Of a DNA stretch of 63,898 nucleotides, positions 9,001 to 17,867 are shown piece by piece. A model generated the notes under the pieces. That model was not told the DNA's origin. It searched no databases and was given only the letters and a program-made list of their open reading frames with translations. Each line of letters begins with the position of its first letter. Within the stretch, counting starts at the first letter, position 1. Both the position numbers and the translations under genes were made by a program. This stretch comes from Desulfobacula sp. (GTDB taxonomy: Bacteria; Desulfobacterota; Desulfobacteria; Desulfobacterales; Desulfobacteraceae), in assembly GCA_018702715.1 (NCBI GenBank), contig JABIYQ010000120.1:1-63898 (forward strand), given 5' to 3'.

Positions 9001-11026
9001 TCTTTTCCCTCCTGATTATAAATGATATTCTAGTGCCTTTTCCTTTTTGGGCAATGATATTCAAATATGACCCCAGCATCAAAGCCCTTTCCTGCATAGC
9101 TGCCAATCCAATACCTTTTTGAGTAGACTGCCTTGAGGATAGTTCAGTTAGATCAAATCCAACGCCATTATCTTCCATAATAAAAATGATTTCGTTCTTT
9201 TTTTTTTGAATTGAAACGCTGATGGCGTCAGCATTAGCATGTTTTCCCACATTGGTTAAAAACTCTTGAAAAATTCTGTAAACCATTATCTGGTTTTCCG
9301 ATACAAAGCAGGCATCAATATTATCAATATTCAGTGAGTATTTAGTGGGGTAATGGTCAGAAAATTCATTAAGCATCCATTTTAATGCCGCTGTCAATCC
9401 CAAATCTTCCAGGATTGACGGGCTAAGATCCCTTGACAGACGTCGAACGTCTTCAATTATAAAATCGATATATTCTTGAATATCAGTCAATGTTTCATCA
9501 TTAAATTTGTTCTCACAGCCTTCTTTTGTTTGTAGGAAACTCAGCTTTACCTTTAACAAGGATAGAGATTGTCCCAAATCATCATGCAGCTCACAAGATA
9601 GTTGTCTACGTACTTTTTCCTGAGTTGTTAGAACCCGTGAAGACAGCCTTCTGAGTTTTCTTTCAGAATTTTTCAGTGCTCTTTCTGTAATGATATGCTC
9701 TTTAATTTCTTTTTTTAAAAATTTGTTTGTTATCGATAACTCGCCTGTTCGCCTTTCGACCTTCTGTTCCATTTCGTCATAAGCCTTTTTCAGATTTGCT
9801 TGTGTACGCTTCAGATCAGCTATATCCTGTGCTACGCAAACAATTCCGTCAACCTGGGAATTATTATTAAAAAAAGTTGAGCCTGAAAAGAGAACAGGAA
9901 TTTTTATGCCATCCTTTGTTAGATAAATCATTTCAACATTGGCAATTGAACCCTTATGAACAAATAAGTCAATTATGGAGGTATCGGTATTTTCAGGCAG
10001 AATTATATTTTCAATGGACTGCCCCAAAAGTTCGTCCCGGCTATAACCCAGCATATCGGTGGCCGACTGATTGACCTTTCTGATTGTGAAGTCAGGATTT
10101 GCAACAATCAATGTATCCAGCATTGACTTGACTATGTTATCCATATAGGTTTTTGAAACGGTTGATTCTCTTAAATCTTTTATCATATTGTTAAATACAT
10201 CCGTTAAAACTCCAATCTCATCTTTGCTTTTGATCTTTATTCTGGTTTCAAAGTTTCCTTTGCCAACATTTTTGGCAGCAGCTGTCAGGTCATTGATGGG
10301 TTTGAAAACATAGCTTGACACCCAGCCACCCAGTAATAAGGTACTTAATAGGATTAGTATGGTTGAAAAAATTATGATGACGCCAACATTCGGCAGGTAT
10401 TCAATAATGATTTTTTTAACTCTCTGTGCATTCTCTTTTTGTTTGTTTTTCCTGTATTGTTCTATAATTGGATAAATGTTCAGCTTATAGTGAGGTTCAA
10501 GTGTCTTTTTAAAAAAACGAGGTGCGTTTTCAGGTATGTTTTCAACAAGATGAATGAAATGAGATAGGTATTTCAAGTAATAATAAAAGTGTTTTTTTTC
10601 TACATTATGCCTGCCTGTCAAAATAGTTTGTTCGCTATTATTAAATTGGGGTTTTCCATCCTTTTGAATCCTGTAAAATTCTGTTCCAATTAATGAAGAC
10701 AAACTGCTTTCAACCTTGTTAAGATCTGTTATCAATTTTTTCTTGATCTGATCCTTGTTTTCTAACTCCTGGTTCGTATCGGAAATTTGTGAAAATGTAT
10801 AGATTATTTTAGGCTGATTATCAATCAGGGCTTTTATTGATTCTTCGCTGGTTTCAAGGGCGTGGACTATCTTATAGGAAGATTTGAATATTTCAATGGA
10901 ATCAGCTTCCAGCTGAACTATTTTATTTTTTAATTTGTTAAATGATGTAATCGTCAAATAACCGGCGCCACACATCATCAAAGCAATGGTAATGTATCCG
11001 AAAATAAGTTTATGCGTAAGACTCAT
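8972..11026 (-). CDS. Sensor histidine kinase (TM-periplasmic-TM-HAMP-PAS-HisKA_3-HATPase)
   Basis: HAMP 'SKDEIGVLTDVFNNM', PAS 'VNQSATDMLGYSRDELLG', H-box 'ELHDDLGQSL', 'QEFLTNVGKHANA', 'DNGVGF', 'GIGL'. Confidence 0.95.
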   Translation of the reverse strand: MSLTHKLIFGYITIALMMCGAGYLTITSFNKLKNKIVQLEADSIEIFKSSYKIVHALETSEESIKALIDNQPKIIYTFSQISDTNQELENKDQIKKKLITDLNKVESSLSSLIGTEFYRIQKDGKPQFNNSEQTILTGRHNVEKKHFYYYLKYLSHFIHLVENIPENAPRFFKKTLEPHYKLNIYPIIEQYRKNKQKENAQRVKKIIIEYLPNVGVIIIFSTILILLSTLLLGGWVSSYVFKPINDLTAAAKNVGKGNFETRIKIKSKDEIGVLTDVFNNMIKDLRESTVSKTYMDNIVKSMLDTLIVANPDFTIRKVNQSATDMLGYSRDELLGQSIENIILPENTDTSIIDLFVHKGSIANVEMIYLTKDGIKIPVLFSGSTFFNNNSQVDGIVCVAQDIADLKRTQANLKKAYDEMEQKVERRTGELSITNKFLKKEIKEHIITERALKNSERKLRRLSSRVLTTQEKVRRQLSCELHDDLGQSLSLLKVKLSFLQTKEGCENKFNDETLTDIQEYIDFIIEDVRRLSRDLSPSILEDLGLTAALKWMLNEFSDHYPTKYSLNIDNIDACFVSENQIMVYRIFQEFLTNVGKHANADAISVSIQKKKNEIIFIMEDNGVGFDLTELSSRQSTQKGIGLAAMQERALMLGSYLNIIAQKGKGTRISFIIRREKSENLSNIAC

Positions 11027-11101
11027 TGCACGCTTTCCCTATGGATTATTCTTTCAATTTTATGGCACAATACCAGGCTTAGGTCTGTCAAAGGGTATGG
11101 T

Positions 11102-11995
11102 TTATTCTATTTTTTGTTCTAATTCCCGTATCACATCATAATCTTCAGAGTTCATTTCTACAAAACCTTTGGCGTTAATATCTATCAGAAATTGAGAACA
11201 AGAAGATTGAGTGTGGAGGGTAAGAAAAGTATCAATGATCTTTTTTTTCAATTCCGGGCATAAAGAATTTCTGTAACAAAAAGGATCCTGGGGGATAATC
11301 GGCGAACTCCATAAATAATTATAGTCATCTTTTTTTATAATTCCCCTGTTAATGGCATTATCAAATCGATGGGTGGCTACAAATGCTGCATCTATTCTTC
11401 CATCATATATGGCCATGGCAGACAGGTCGTGGCCGCCAGTATAAACTATCTTACCAAAATATTTTTCAAATGGCATATTGATATATTTTGCAAATAACAC
11501 CTTTGGTATCAGGTACCCCGAGGTGCTTGATAGATTTGTGAGACCTACTATGGCGCCTTTTAAAGATTTAATGGAAACATAGCCTGACCCTTTTTCGGTT
11601 ATGAGTATGGATTTATAGCCCGGCCCTTCTTCTTGAATATAACCGGCTTTTTTTATATAGGTGGCAAAAACCTGAATGTCCGGTTCCTTTTTATTGGCAA
11701 TCACATAAGAGTATGGCCCAAGAATAGCCACATCTATCCATTTTTCCGCCATGCCCTGAATCACGTTTTCATAATATATTGGCACATAGAATTCTATTTT
11801 TTTCCCAGTCATCCTCCCAAGATAATCGATAACCGGCTTGTAAATGGTTAACTCCTGAATACTCTCTTCAGTGGGAATTATGGAAAAAACCAATGTTTCC
11901 GGGTCCTCACATCCAGCAGAGGATTGCCTGGTATTCAGGTTTAAAGCAACCATCATAATAGATAACATAAATAATAATTGAGTAAATTTTTTCAT
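11102..11995 (-). CDS. phnD: Second PhnD-like binding protein (phnD2), probable sensory accessory of the kinase
   Basis: Long identical blocks with phnD1 (FSIIPTEE.IQELTIYKPVIDYL, IQEEGPGYK, VYTGGHDLS, DAAFVATHRFDN, IPQDPFCYR.SLCPELKKKI); lies directly upstream of the kinase, not of permeases. Confidence 0.88.
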   Translation of the reverse strand: MKKFTQLLFMLSIMMVALNLNTRQSSAGCEDPETLVFSIIPTEESIQELTIYKPVIDYLGRMTGKKIEFYVPIYYENVIQGMAEKWIDVAILGPYSYVIANKKEPDIQVFATYIKKAGYIQEEGPGYKSILITEKGSGYVSIKSLKGAIVGLTNLSSTSGYLIPKVLFAKYINMPFEKYFGKIVYTGGHDLSAMAIYDGRIDAAFVATHRFDNAINRGIIKKDDYNYLWSSPIIPQDPFCYRNSLCPELKKKIIDTFLTLHTQSSCSQFLIDINAKGFVEMNSEDYDVIRELEQKIE

Positions 11996-12197
11996 AAAGA
12001 ACTTTTAACTATTTTGATAGTGAAAAGAAAAATTATAATAAAAATCAATTTGACTCCGCATGGTTAGTCAAAAAAATTCAATAACATAACCGAATAAAAG
12101 TCAACCTAATTTTTAACAGGGTACTTCATATGAAACTTGACCGACGATGGGTTCCATTAAATATTTCAAATCGACTGATCAAGGCTCAAAATTAATT

Positions 12198-13415
12198 CTA
12201 TAACCCATTACAACGATTAATAAGATAATCAAAAAGCTCCCAATTCTTTACGCTTTTCTTTTGCTTATCCTCATCAACCGTCTCGCTCAAAACGAAGGGC
12301 ACTGTTGTCTCAGTAAGGCCACCATGAGATCGCAACGGCCCTTTGAGTTTTGATAGATCATGGTTTGCTGGTGTCTTGCCAAATACCGTATCCCTTTGGG
12401 CAAGGACAACAAGATCACCCATCCTGTCGGCTGGAAGGGCATATTTTCGGCATGCTTCATTCTTTGTAAGCACCTCGTCAATGCCCTTAGTTCTCGACAG
12501 CATAACTTTTATCAATTCACTTTCCTTTTCAAGGCAGTAAACCGTGGCAAATGAACCCAAGGCAGCATGGTGAGTGACATAGGGGTCAGTGATGGGTAGC
12601 ACAACACGAATTTGGCTTCCAACAAACCGGGTAATAACATCTTCCAAGTAAATTATATTCGGCGTACCGTCAGCCTTGATCTTGTAATTCATTCCATGGT
12701 CAGCAGTTATGCCCACCCTGGCGCCCCTGTCTATGAATTTTCCGATTATTTCATCTATCTCTGAAAGCATAATGTTCGCTTCATCCTGTCCTGGAGCTGA
12801 TCTGTGCTGTACGCAATCGGTCAAAGAAATATACATAAGGTCCAAAGATGTCCGGCAAAATACAAGATATGCTGCCTGCATGGTGTAGCGGTTAATGCAT
12901 GCTTCAGAGTAATGTGGAGGTGCTTCATTAAGTTCTTCTGCCACATTTCCGATGTCGGCGAATTGGGTCTGGTCTGCCCTTTCACCGGAAAATGCAACAC
13001 CTTCCCAGCCCTTTGATAAGAGTTTGAGCAGTTTGTTTTTAGCAGTAATAGCTGCGACAAGGTGGCCTGCCCGGGACGCCGCTTCAAGAATAGTGGGGAC
13101 ACGTAAGAATTCAGGTTTATCCATCATCACTTCGCAGTCCTGTTCCACATCGTAGAAATAATTCCCGCAGATACCATTTTTCTCTGGTTCAGTCCCGGTA
13201 ATAATGGCAATATTGTTGGGATTGGTAAAGGAGGGCATGACCGAAGTAGCGGTCATAAAATATTTCTCTTCCTTCAGTTTTTTCATCACCGGCATGCACC
13301 CTGACCTGATAGCTGATTCAAGGTATGCAGGAGAAGTGCCGTCCAGGCAAATAGCCACCACCGGTTGATAGATCTTCTGATATAGAGTGCCATTAAGCTT
13401 AAATGGTTCTTTCAC
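12198..13415 (-). CDS. phnA: Phosphonoacetate hydrolase
   Basis: 'ICLDG', nucleophile motif 'PSFTNPNN', 'D.VQH', 'TADHGM', 'LPITDPYVTHH', 'DRMGD', 'LRSHGG'. GTG start at 13415 chosen for its GAGG RBS (ORF track starts at 13445). Confidence 0.93.
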   Translation of the reverse strand: MKEPFKLNGTLYQKIYQPVVAICLDGTSPAYLESAIRSGCMPVMKKLKEEKYFMTATSVMPSFTNPNNIAIITGTEPEKNGICGNYFYDVEQDCEVMMDKPEFLRVPTILEAASRAGHLVAAITAKNKLLKLLSKGWEGVAFSGERADQTQFADIGNVAEELNEAPPHYSEACINRYTMQAAYLVFCRTSLDLMYISLTDCVQHRSAPGQDEANIMLSEIDEIIGKFIDRGARVGITADHGMNYKIKADGTPNIIYLEDVITRFVGSQIRVVLPITDPYVTHHAALGSFATVYCLEKESELIKVMLSRTKGIDEVLTKNEACRKYALPADRMGDLVVLAQRDTVFGKTPANHDLSKLKGPLRSHGGLTETTVPFVLSETVDEDKQKKSVKNWELFDYLINRCNGL

Positions 13416-13693
13416 AATAATTCTTCCTCTATTCTTGAGTGGCATAATTATGTATGGTAAACATAAATCGGCACCTTACCTTAAATTTCCAACTTGCAGT
13501 CAACATAACATATTTGCAAATCCCTTATCGAAAATATCAATATATAAAATAGCGAGGAAAATTGTAAAAACCAACAATAAAATAAATTTATGGGTCCCTA
13601 TATTAAGATTAAATAATTACAACGTGTTACGTTGATTTGCTCTCAATTTTTTTTAAAATTAGTTTCGCTGGATAAAAAAATGACGAACTTGAG

Positions 13694-13822
13694 TTAAGTT
13701 GGTCAAGATTCATATTGATAACCCCTTCTCATGAAAAATTAAATTATTATGACAAAGTTCTATACACTGCATAACAATATCAATTCAAGCATTTTTATTG
13801 TTTTGCCGGGAGCTTGCAAATT
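13694..13822. repeat. Degenerate direct repeat, copy 2, containing a 5' relic of a lysR1 paralog
   Basis: Minus strand reads ATG AAT CTT GAC CAA CTT AA (MNLDQL, cf. lysR1 MNLGQL) and then loses similarity. Confidence 0.88.
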
Positions 13823-13835
13823 TAACATAAAGATT

Positions 13836-14714
13836 TTACTGCTGTTGAATCAGGTTCATAAATTGCTTGAGGGGTTCTGAGATATGCTTTTCCATGTGAT
13901 GGATCATGTAGAAGGTTCGATATAGAGCTGTGGATGATAATGAAAGTGCGATCAGCTTTCCGGATTCAATCTCCTTTGCCGCCACTTTTTTTGAAATCGG
14001 GGCTATTCCCGTGCCACCTTCTACAGCTCTTTTAATGGCCTCGTTGTTGGAAAAGGTTATGGGCATTGTCACTGAAACATTGTTGGCTTTAAGCAGATCA
14101 TGAATCATTTTCTGGAAATATGACCCCTGCTCATGCATGATGATCATGTGTCCTTCAAGGTCAGTCGCCTTGAGCTGTTTCTTTTGTGCCAGTGAATGAG
14201 AAGTGCCCAGAATGATCACTATTTCATCTTTAACGATCTCAATAGTGTTTAACTTTCTATCTTTAACTGGAAAGGAAACAAAACCTATATCATTTTTTAA
14301 GTTAATTGTGTTTTCAACAACCAGCTGGTTGGAAAGGACCTCTAAAGTGACCCGGACCTTAGGAGACTTCACATTAAACCGGTTGATGAATTCCGGAAGA
14401 TAATATGCCCCAAAACTTTCAGAAGCATTAATTTTAAGGTGCTTTAAATTTTCACTTTGAAAGTCTGTCATGCAGTCATCTGCGATGTTTTCAAGGTCAA
14501 ATATTTTTTTTGCAATTTGGAAAAGGTTGTCACCGGCCAGGGTCAATTCCATATTTTTGCCAAGCTTATGAACAAGGGGCACTTCATAATATTCCTGAAG
14601 CCTCTGGATACCTTTTGTTACAGCCGGCTGGGTTATATTTAATTCCTCGGCCGCATGACTCAGGCTTTTGTGCTTGACTGCAAGATAAAAAAGTTTGAGT
14701 TGGTTGAGGTTCAT
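13836..14714 (-). CDS. LysR-family regulator (CysL/CmpR-like), lysR2
   Basis: Start at MNLNQLKLFY; HTH 'AAEELNITQPAVTKGIQRLQEYY' nearly identical to lysR1; shared 'ASESFGAYYLP'. Confidence 0.93.
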   Translation of the reverse strand: MNLNQLKLFYLAVKHKSLSHAAEELNITQPAVTKGIQRLQEYYEVPLVHKLGKNMELTLAGDNLFQIAKKIFDLENIADDCMTDFQSENLKHLKINASESFGAYYLPEFINRFNVKSPKVRVTLEVLSNQLVVENTINLKNDIGFVSFPVKDRKLNTIEIVKDEIVIILGTSHSLAQKKQLKATDLEGHMIIMHEQGSYFQKMIHDLLKANNVSVTMPITFSNNEAIKRAVEGGTGIAPISKKVAAKEIESGKLIALSLSSTALYRTFYMIHHMEKHISEPLKQFMNLIQQQ

Positions 14715-14990
14715 AGGTTTCCATCTTAAATTAAATGCAAAATTAGTCAAGTAGCAACTATGGCCTGTCTCAAAGAGAAAATAGCAACAAGCCTGGGCCT
14801 GCCAGGGTCCATTATCAGATACCCTCAACCTCCATAGAAAAATTTGCCCAAACAATACTTAATATATTGTAGAAGGAGATCGGCGGCACTTCTTGACTAA
14901 GTTCAATAATACACATATAAACAAACAACTTACCTATTGCTTGATGAGATCACTTATATTTCACTCATTTTATAAGGAGAACAAAGGCCT

Positions 14991-17510
14991 GTGCAGATCA
15001 GAAAATTGAACGATATTCTATTATTAGTGATCTTTTTTATATGCCTGCCATCGTTAATGTGGGGGGAAACTAACACTCAAGCATCTCTGGACGATAAAAA
15101 ATCCCTGGTTCAGTTTGAGCAAGCTGTTGAAGCTGCAAAAACACACCTTGATGTCCTGGAAATAGAACTGATTACAGAACGACGAGGGCTTAAGGAAGAA
15201 GCAAATCAGCAACAGATCTACAGGACCCAGATGAATTCTCTAAGAAACTTTCTGCTTGTTCCTGAGATCAGCATTTCCGTCCTGGAAAAAGGTGTTGAGG
15301 AAATTGATATTTCAATATCTTTAATCAAATCAAAAATTCAAAGAACAACGGGAAAAGATGATAAATCAAGCCAAACTCTTTCTGCGGTAAAAGATAAAAT
15401 TATTTTAATCGATCAAAGAATTGAGGAATCCACTTCTTTCAAGGACAAAGACATAATCAGGGAAACCGGAATAAAGGAATTCAAGTCCTACCGAACAGTT
15501 CTGGGAAAACAGCAGAAAGCTCTTCTAAGCCTGATAGATATGCTGTCTTCAGAAATAAATACCAACAACGAGTTGCTTAGATCTTTCGAAGATCTCCGGA
15601 TGACATTGAGAAAAGAGATCAAAGACAAAAAAGGAAGACTTTGGTCCCAAAGGGATGCCATCGAATTTAAAACCTTTTCGTCTAAAAAATTTTTAAAAGA
15701 AACTATCAGTTCATTTGCCAAAATTGGACAATTGTTCACCAATGAATGGCTATCGCTGAAATTATCCCAGTTAATGGAGCATATAAATCTTAGCGAGGTG
15801 ATGGTCATTGCTGTTTTTTTGTTGTTCAGTCTTTTCTTTTTCCAGGGACTGCCTGTTCTAAGAGGCAAAGAGCTCTACAAGAACAATATCCACAAGCGTA
15901 CGGGATATCCTCTAATTGTCCTTGAGGGTTCCCTGGTTATTATTTTCTGGATACTGCTGACAATTATACTTTCAAAAACCCAGGTATATTTGATTTTTCC
16001 CGATTTTATCAAATTTATAAAAACATTTTTAACTATAATTCTGATCACTAAGATCGCATCTGATTCCATCCGCCTGATTGTCAACGAAAAGGGGCTTGTA
16101 TTCTTTAAAGCCCTGTACGGGTGGAGAAATGCATTTATATGGGGAATCAGACTGTATTCCCTTGTTTATCTTTTGATCTTCAGATTCCTTTCTTTGGATA
16201 CCGTAATTTTGGCATCCATTCGGATTTTTTCCGAAGCAGTGCTTGTTGCCGGTGTGTTTTTATTCTGGAAGGCATATAGAAAAATGGAAAGCCAAACCAA
16301 TGGCATAGAGATGAAGCTGTTGAGCGTATGGTCAAAGTCTGTAGTGCTTTCAGGCCTTTTTGCCGATATTGCCGGATACGGACATTTTGCATCCTGGTGG
16401 TACATATCCTGGGGGGTTTCTTTAGTGATTATCAGCGTCTGCATACTGCTTGTATATTCAATGAAAGATATTGACCGTAAATTCAAGGAAAAAATTGAAC
16501 CGGAATCCCAAAGTCCTTACGGCATATCTTATCCATTTTATTGGATTTTATCTAAAGGGCTTTATTTTTTTATCATTGTGTTTGCACTGACGGGGCTTGC
16601 ATTTTCATGGAGCTCAAGTGATGTCTTTTTTGTATGGCTTTGGGAGATATTTAACAAAAACTATGTGATCGGAAAGATTGAATTGAGTATGGTAAACTTT
16701 GCCTATTCGATTCTGGTTATTCTTTTGACCTATCTTTTTACCCAGTTGTGGGAAAAAGTCATGGCCAGGCATGTGTTAAAAGAAAGTGGGCTGTCTACAG
16801 GAGCAAAGGGGTCGGTCACTACCATTTCAACGTATGTGATTTGGTCGGTAGGCATCCTGATCAGTCTGAGTGTTTTTGGGCTGAATTCTACATCCCTGGC
16901 AGTTGTATTCGGGGCACTGAGTATCGGGCTTGGATTTGGTCTGCAAAATATATTCAATAATTTTGTCAGTGGTCTGATTCTGTTGTTTGAACGTCCCATA
17001 CAGGTGGGCGATGTCGTTGAAGTGGGAGGCGTATGGGGAGAAGTAAAAAAGATTAATGTTAGAGCCACACTGGTTCAGACCTATACCAATTCGTCGCTCA
17101 TTATTCCGAATTCCGAGTTCATCAGCGCCTTGGTAACCAATTGGAGCCATAAAGATCCTTTTATCAGAAGGGATCTGATGGTAGGCGTAGCATATGGGTC
17201 AGATACAGCACTTGTAAAAACGCTGTTGTTACAGGCAGCAGATTCAGTGACAGAGGTGTATGATAATCCACAAAAACCCCGGGTTCAATTCATCAACTTT
17301 GGGGACAGCTCTCTGGATTTTCGATTGAGATTCTGGTCAGATATCGATAACTTTATTGAGGCGGAAAGCAAATTGAGATTTGAGACTGACAGACTTTTCA
17401 AGGCAAACAAAGTGGTTATTCCGTTTCCACAGCGAGATGTTCATATTTTAAGCGGACCACAGGTTAGATTGGAAAAAGAAATTAAGGATTCAACCAAAAC
17501 AGACGATTGA
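14991..17510 (+). CDS. Large MscS-family mechanosensitive channel (MscK-like architecture)
   Basis: Signal peptide, long coiled-coil, multiple TMs, 'GLGFGLQNIFNNFVSGLILLFERPIQVGD', 'IIPNSEF', 'VGVAYGSD', 'IPFPQRDVH'. Confidence 0.93.
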   Translation: MQIRKLNDILLLVIFFICLPSLMWGETNTQASLDDKKSLVQFEQAVEAAKTHLDVLEIELITERRGLKEEANQQQIYRTQMNSLRNFLLVPEISISVLEKGVEEIDISISLIKSKIQRTTGKDDKSSQTLSAVKDKIILIDQRIEESTSFKDKDIIRETGIKEFKSYRTVLGKQQKALLSLIDMLSSEINTNNELLRSFEDLRMTLRKEIKDKKGRLWSQRDAIEFKTFSSKKFLKETISSFAKIGQLFTNEWLSLKLSQLMEHINLSEVMVIAVFLLFSLFFFQGLPVLRGKELYKNNIHKRTGYPLIVLEGSLVIIFWILLTIILSKTQVYLIFPDFIKFIKTFLTIILITKIASDSIRLIVNEKGLVFFKALYGWRNAFIWGIRLYSLVYLLIFRFLSLDTVILASIRIFSEAVLVAGVFLFWKAYRKMESQTNGIEMKLLSVWSKSVVLSGLFADIAGYGHFASWWYISWGVSLVIISVCILLVYSMKDIDRKFKEKIEPESQSPYGISYPFYWILSKGLYFFIIVFALTGLAFSWSSSDVFFVWLWEIFNKNYVIGKIELSMVNFAYSILVILLTYLFTQLWEKVMARHVLKESGLSTGAKGSVTTISTYVIWSVGILISLSVFGLNSTSLAVVFGALSIGLGFGLQNIFNNFVSGLILLFERPIQVGDVVEVGGVWGEVKKINVRATLVQTYTNSSLIIPNSEFISALVTNWSHKDPFIRRDLMVGVAYGSDTALVKTLLLQAADSVTEVYDNPQKPRVQFINFGDSSLDFRLRFWSDIDNFIEAESKLRFETDRLFKANKVVIPFPQRDVHILSGPQVRLEKEIKDSTKTDD

Positions 17511-17581
17511 AAACCCTTTGGTTTTTGGTGGCCCAGGAATTGAAAGAATTGTTAAATGCAGGGAAAGGGCCAAAAACAAAA

Positions 17582-17860
17582 AGCGAGAAGATTGACTGGA
17601 TCATGGAATGTGATCGGACTCGCATCAGGTAAGTGGCTGAACGAACCGCCCGTTTTGTTCAAGATATTGAATCTGCAAGGGACAGAGCGCTTATCTCCCA
17701 GGAAGAAATCAAAAGCAGGACATCGAATCAGATGAATAAGGCCATATATATCCTCTCAATTATTACTGCTATATTTTTACCATTGAGCCTTTTGACTGGT
17801 CTGCTTGGAATCAATGTCGGCGGGATTCCCGGCGCAGAGAATAAATGGGCTTTTTTTCAA
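17582..17860 (+). pseudogene. zntB: ZntB/CorA-family transporter fragment
   Basis: 'MNKAIYILSIITAIFLPLSLLTGLLGINVGGIPG' signature; in-frame TAA at 17630; N-terminal domain and last TM missing. Confidence 0.8.
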
Positions 17861-17867
17861 AAAGTTG

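Noticed and set aside
13429-13464. 11-aa upstream ORF (MFTIHNYATQE) before phnA as a leader peptide
   Set aside because: Has an RBS-like sequence but no attenuator hairpin or biased codons; too short to separate from chance.
14715-14855. 47-aa N-terminal extension of lysR2 in the ORF track
   Set aside because: LysR homology and similarity to lysR1 begin at MNLNQL (14714).
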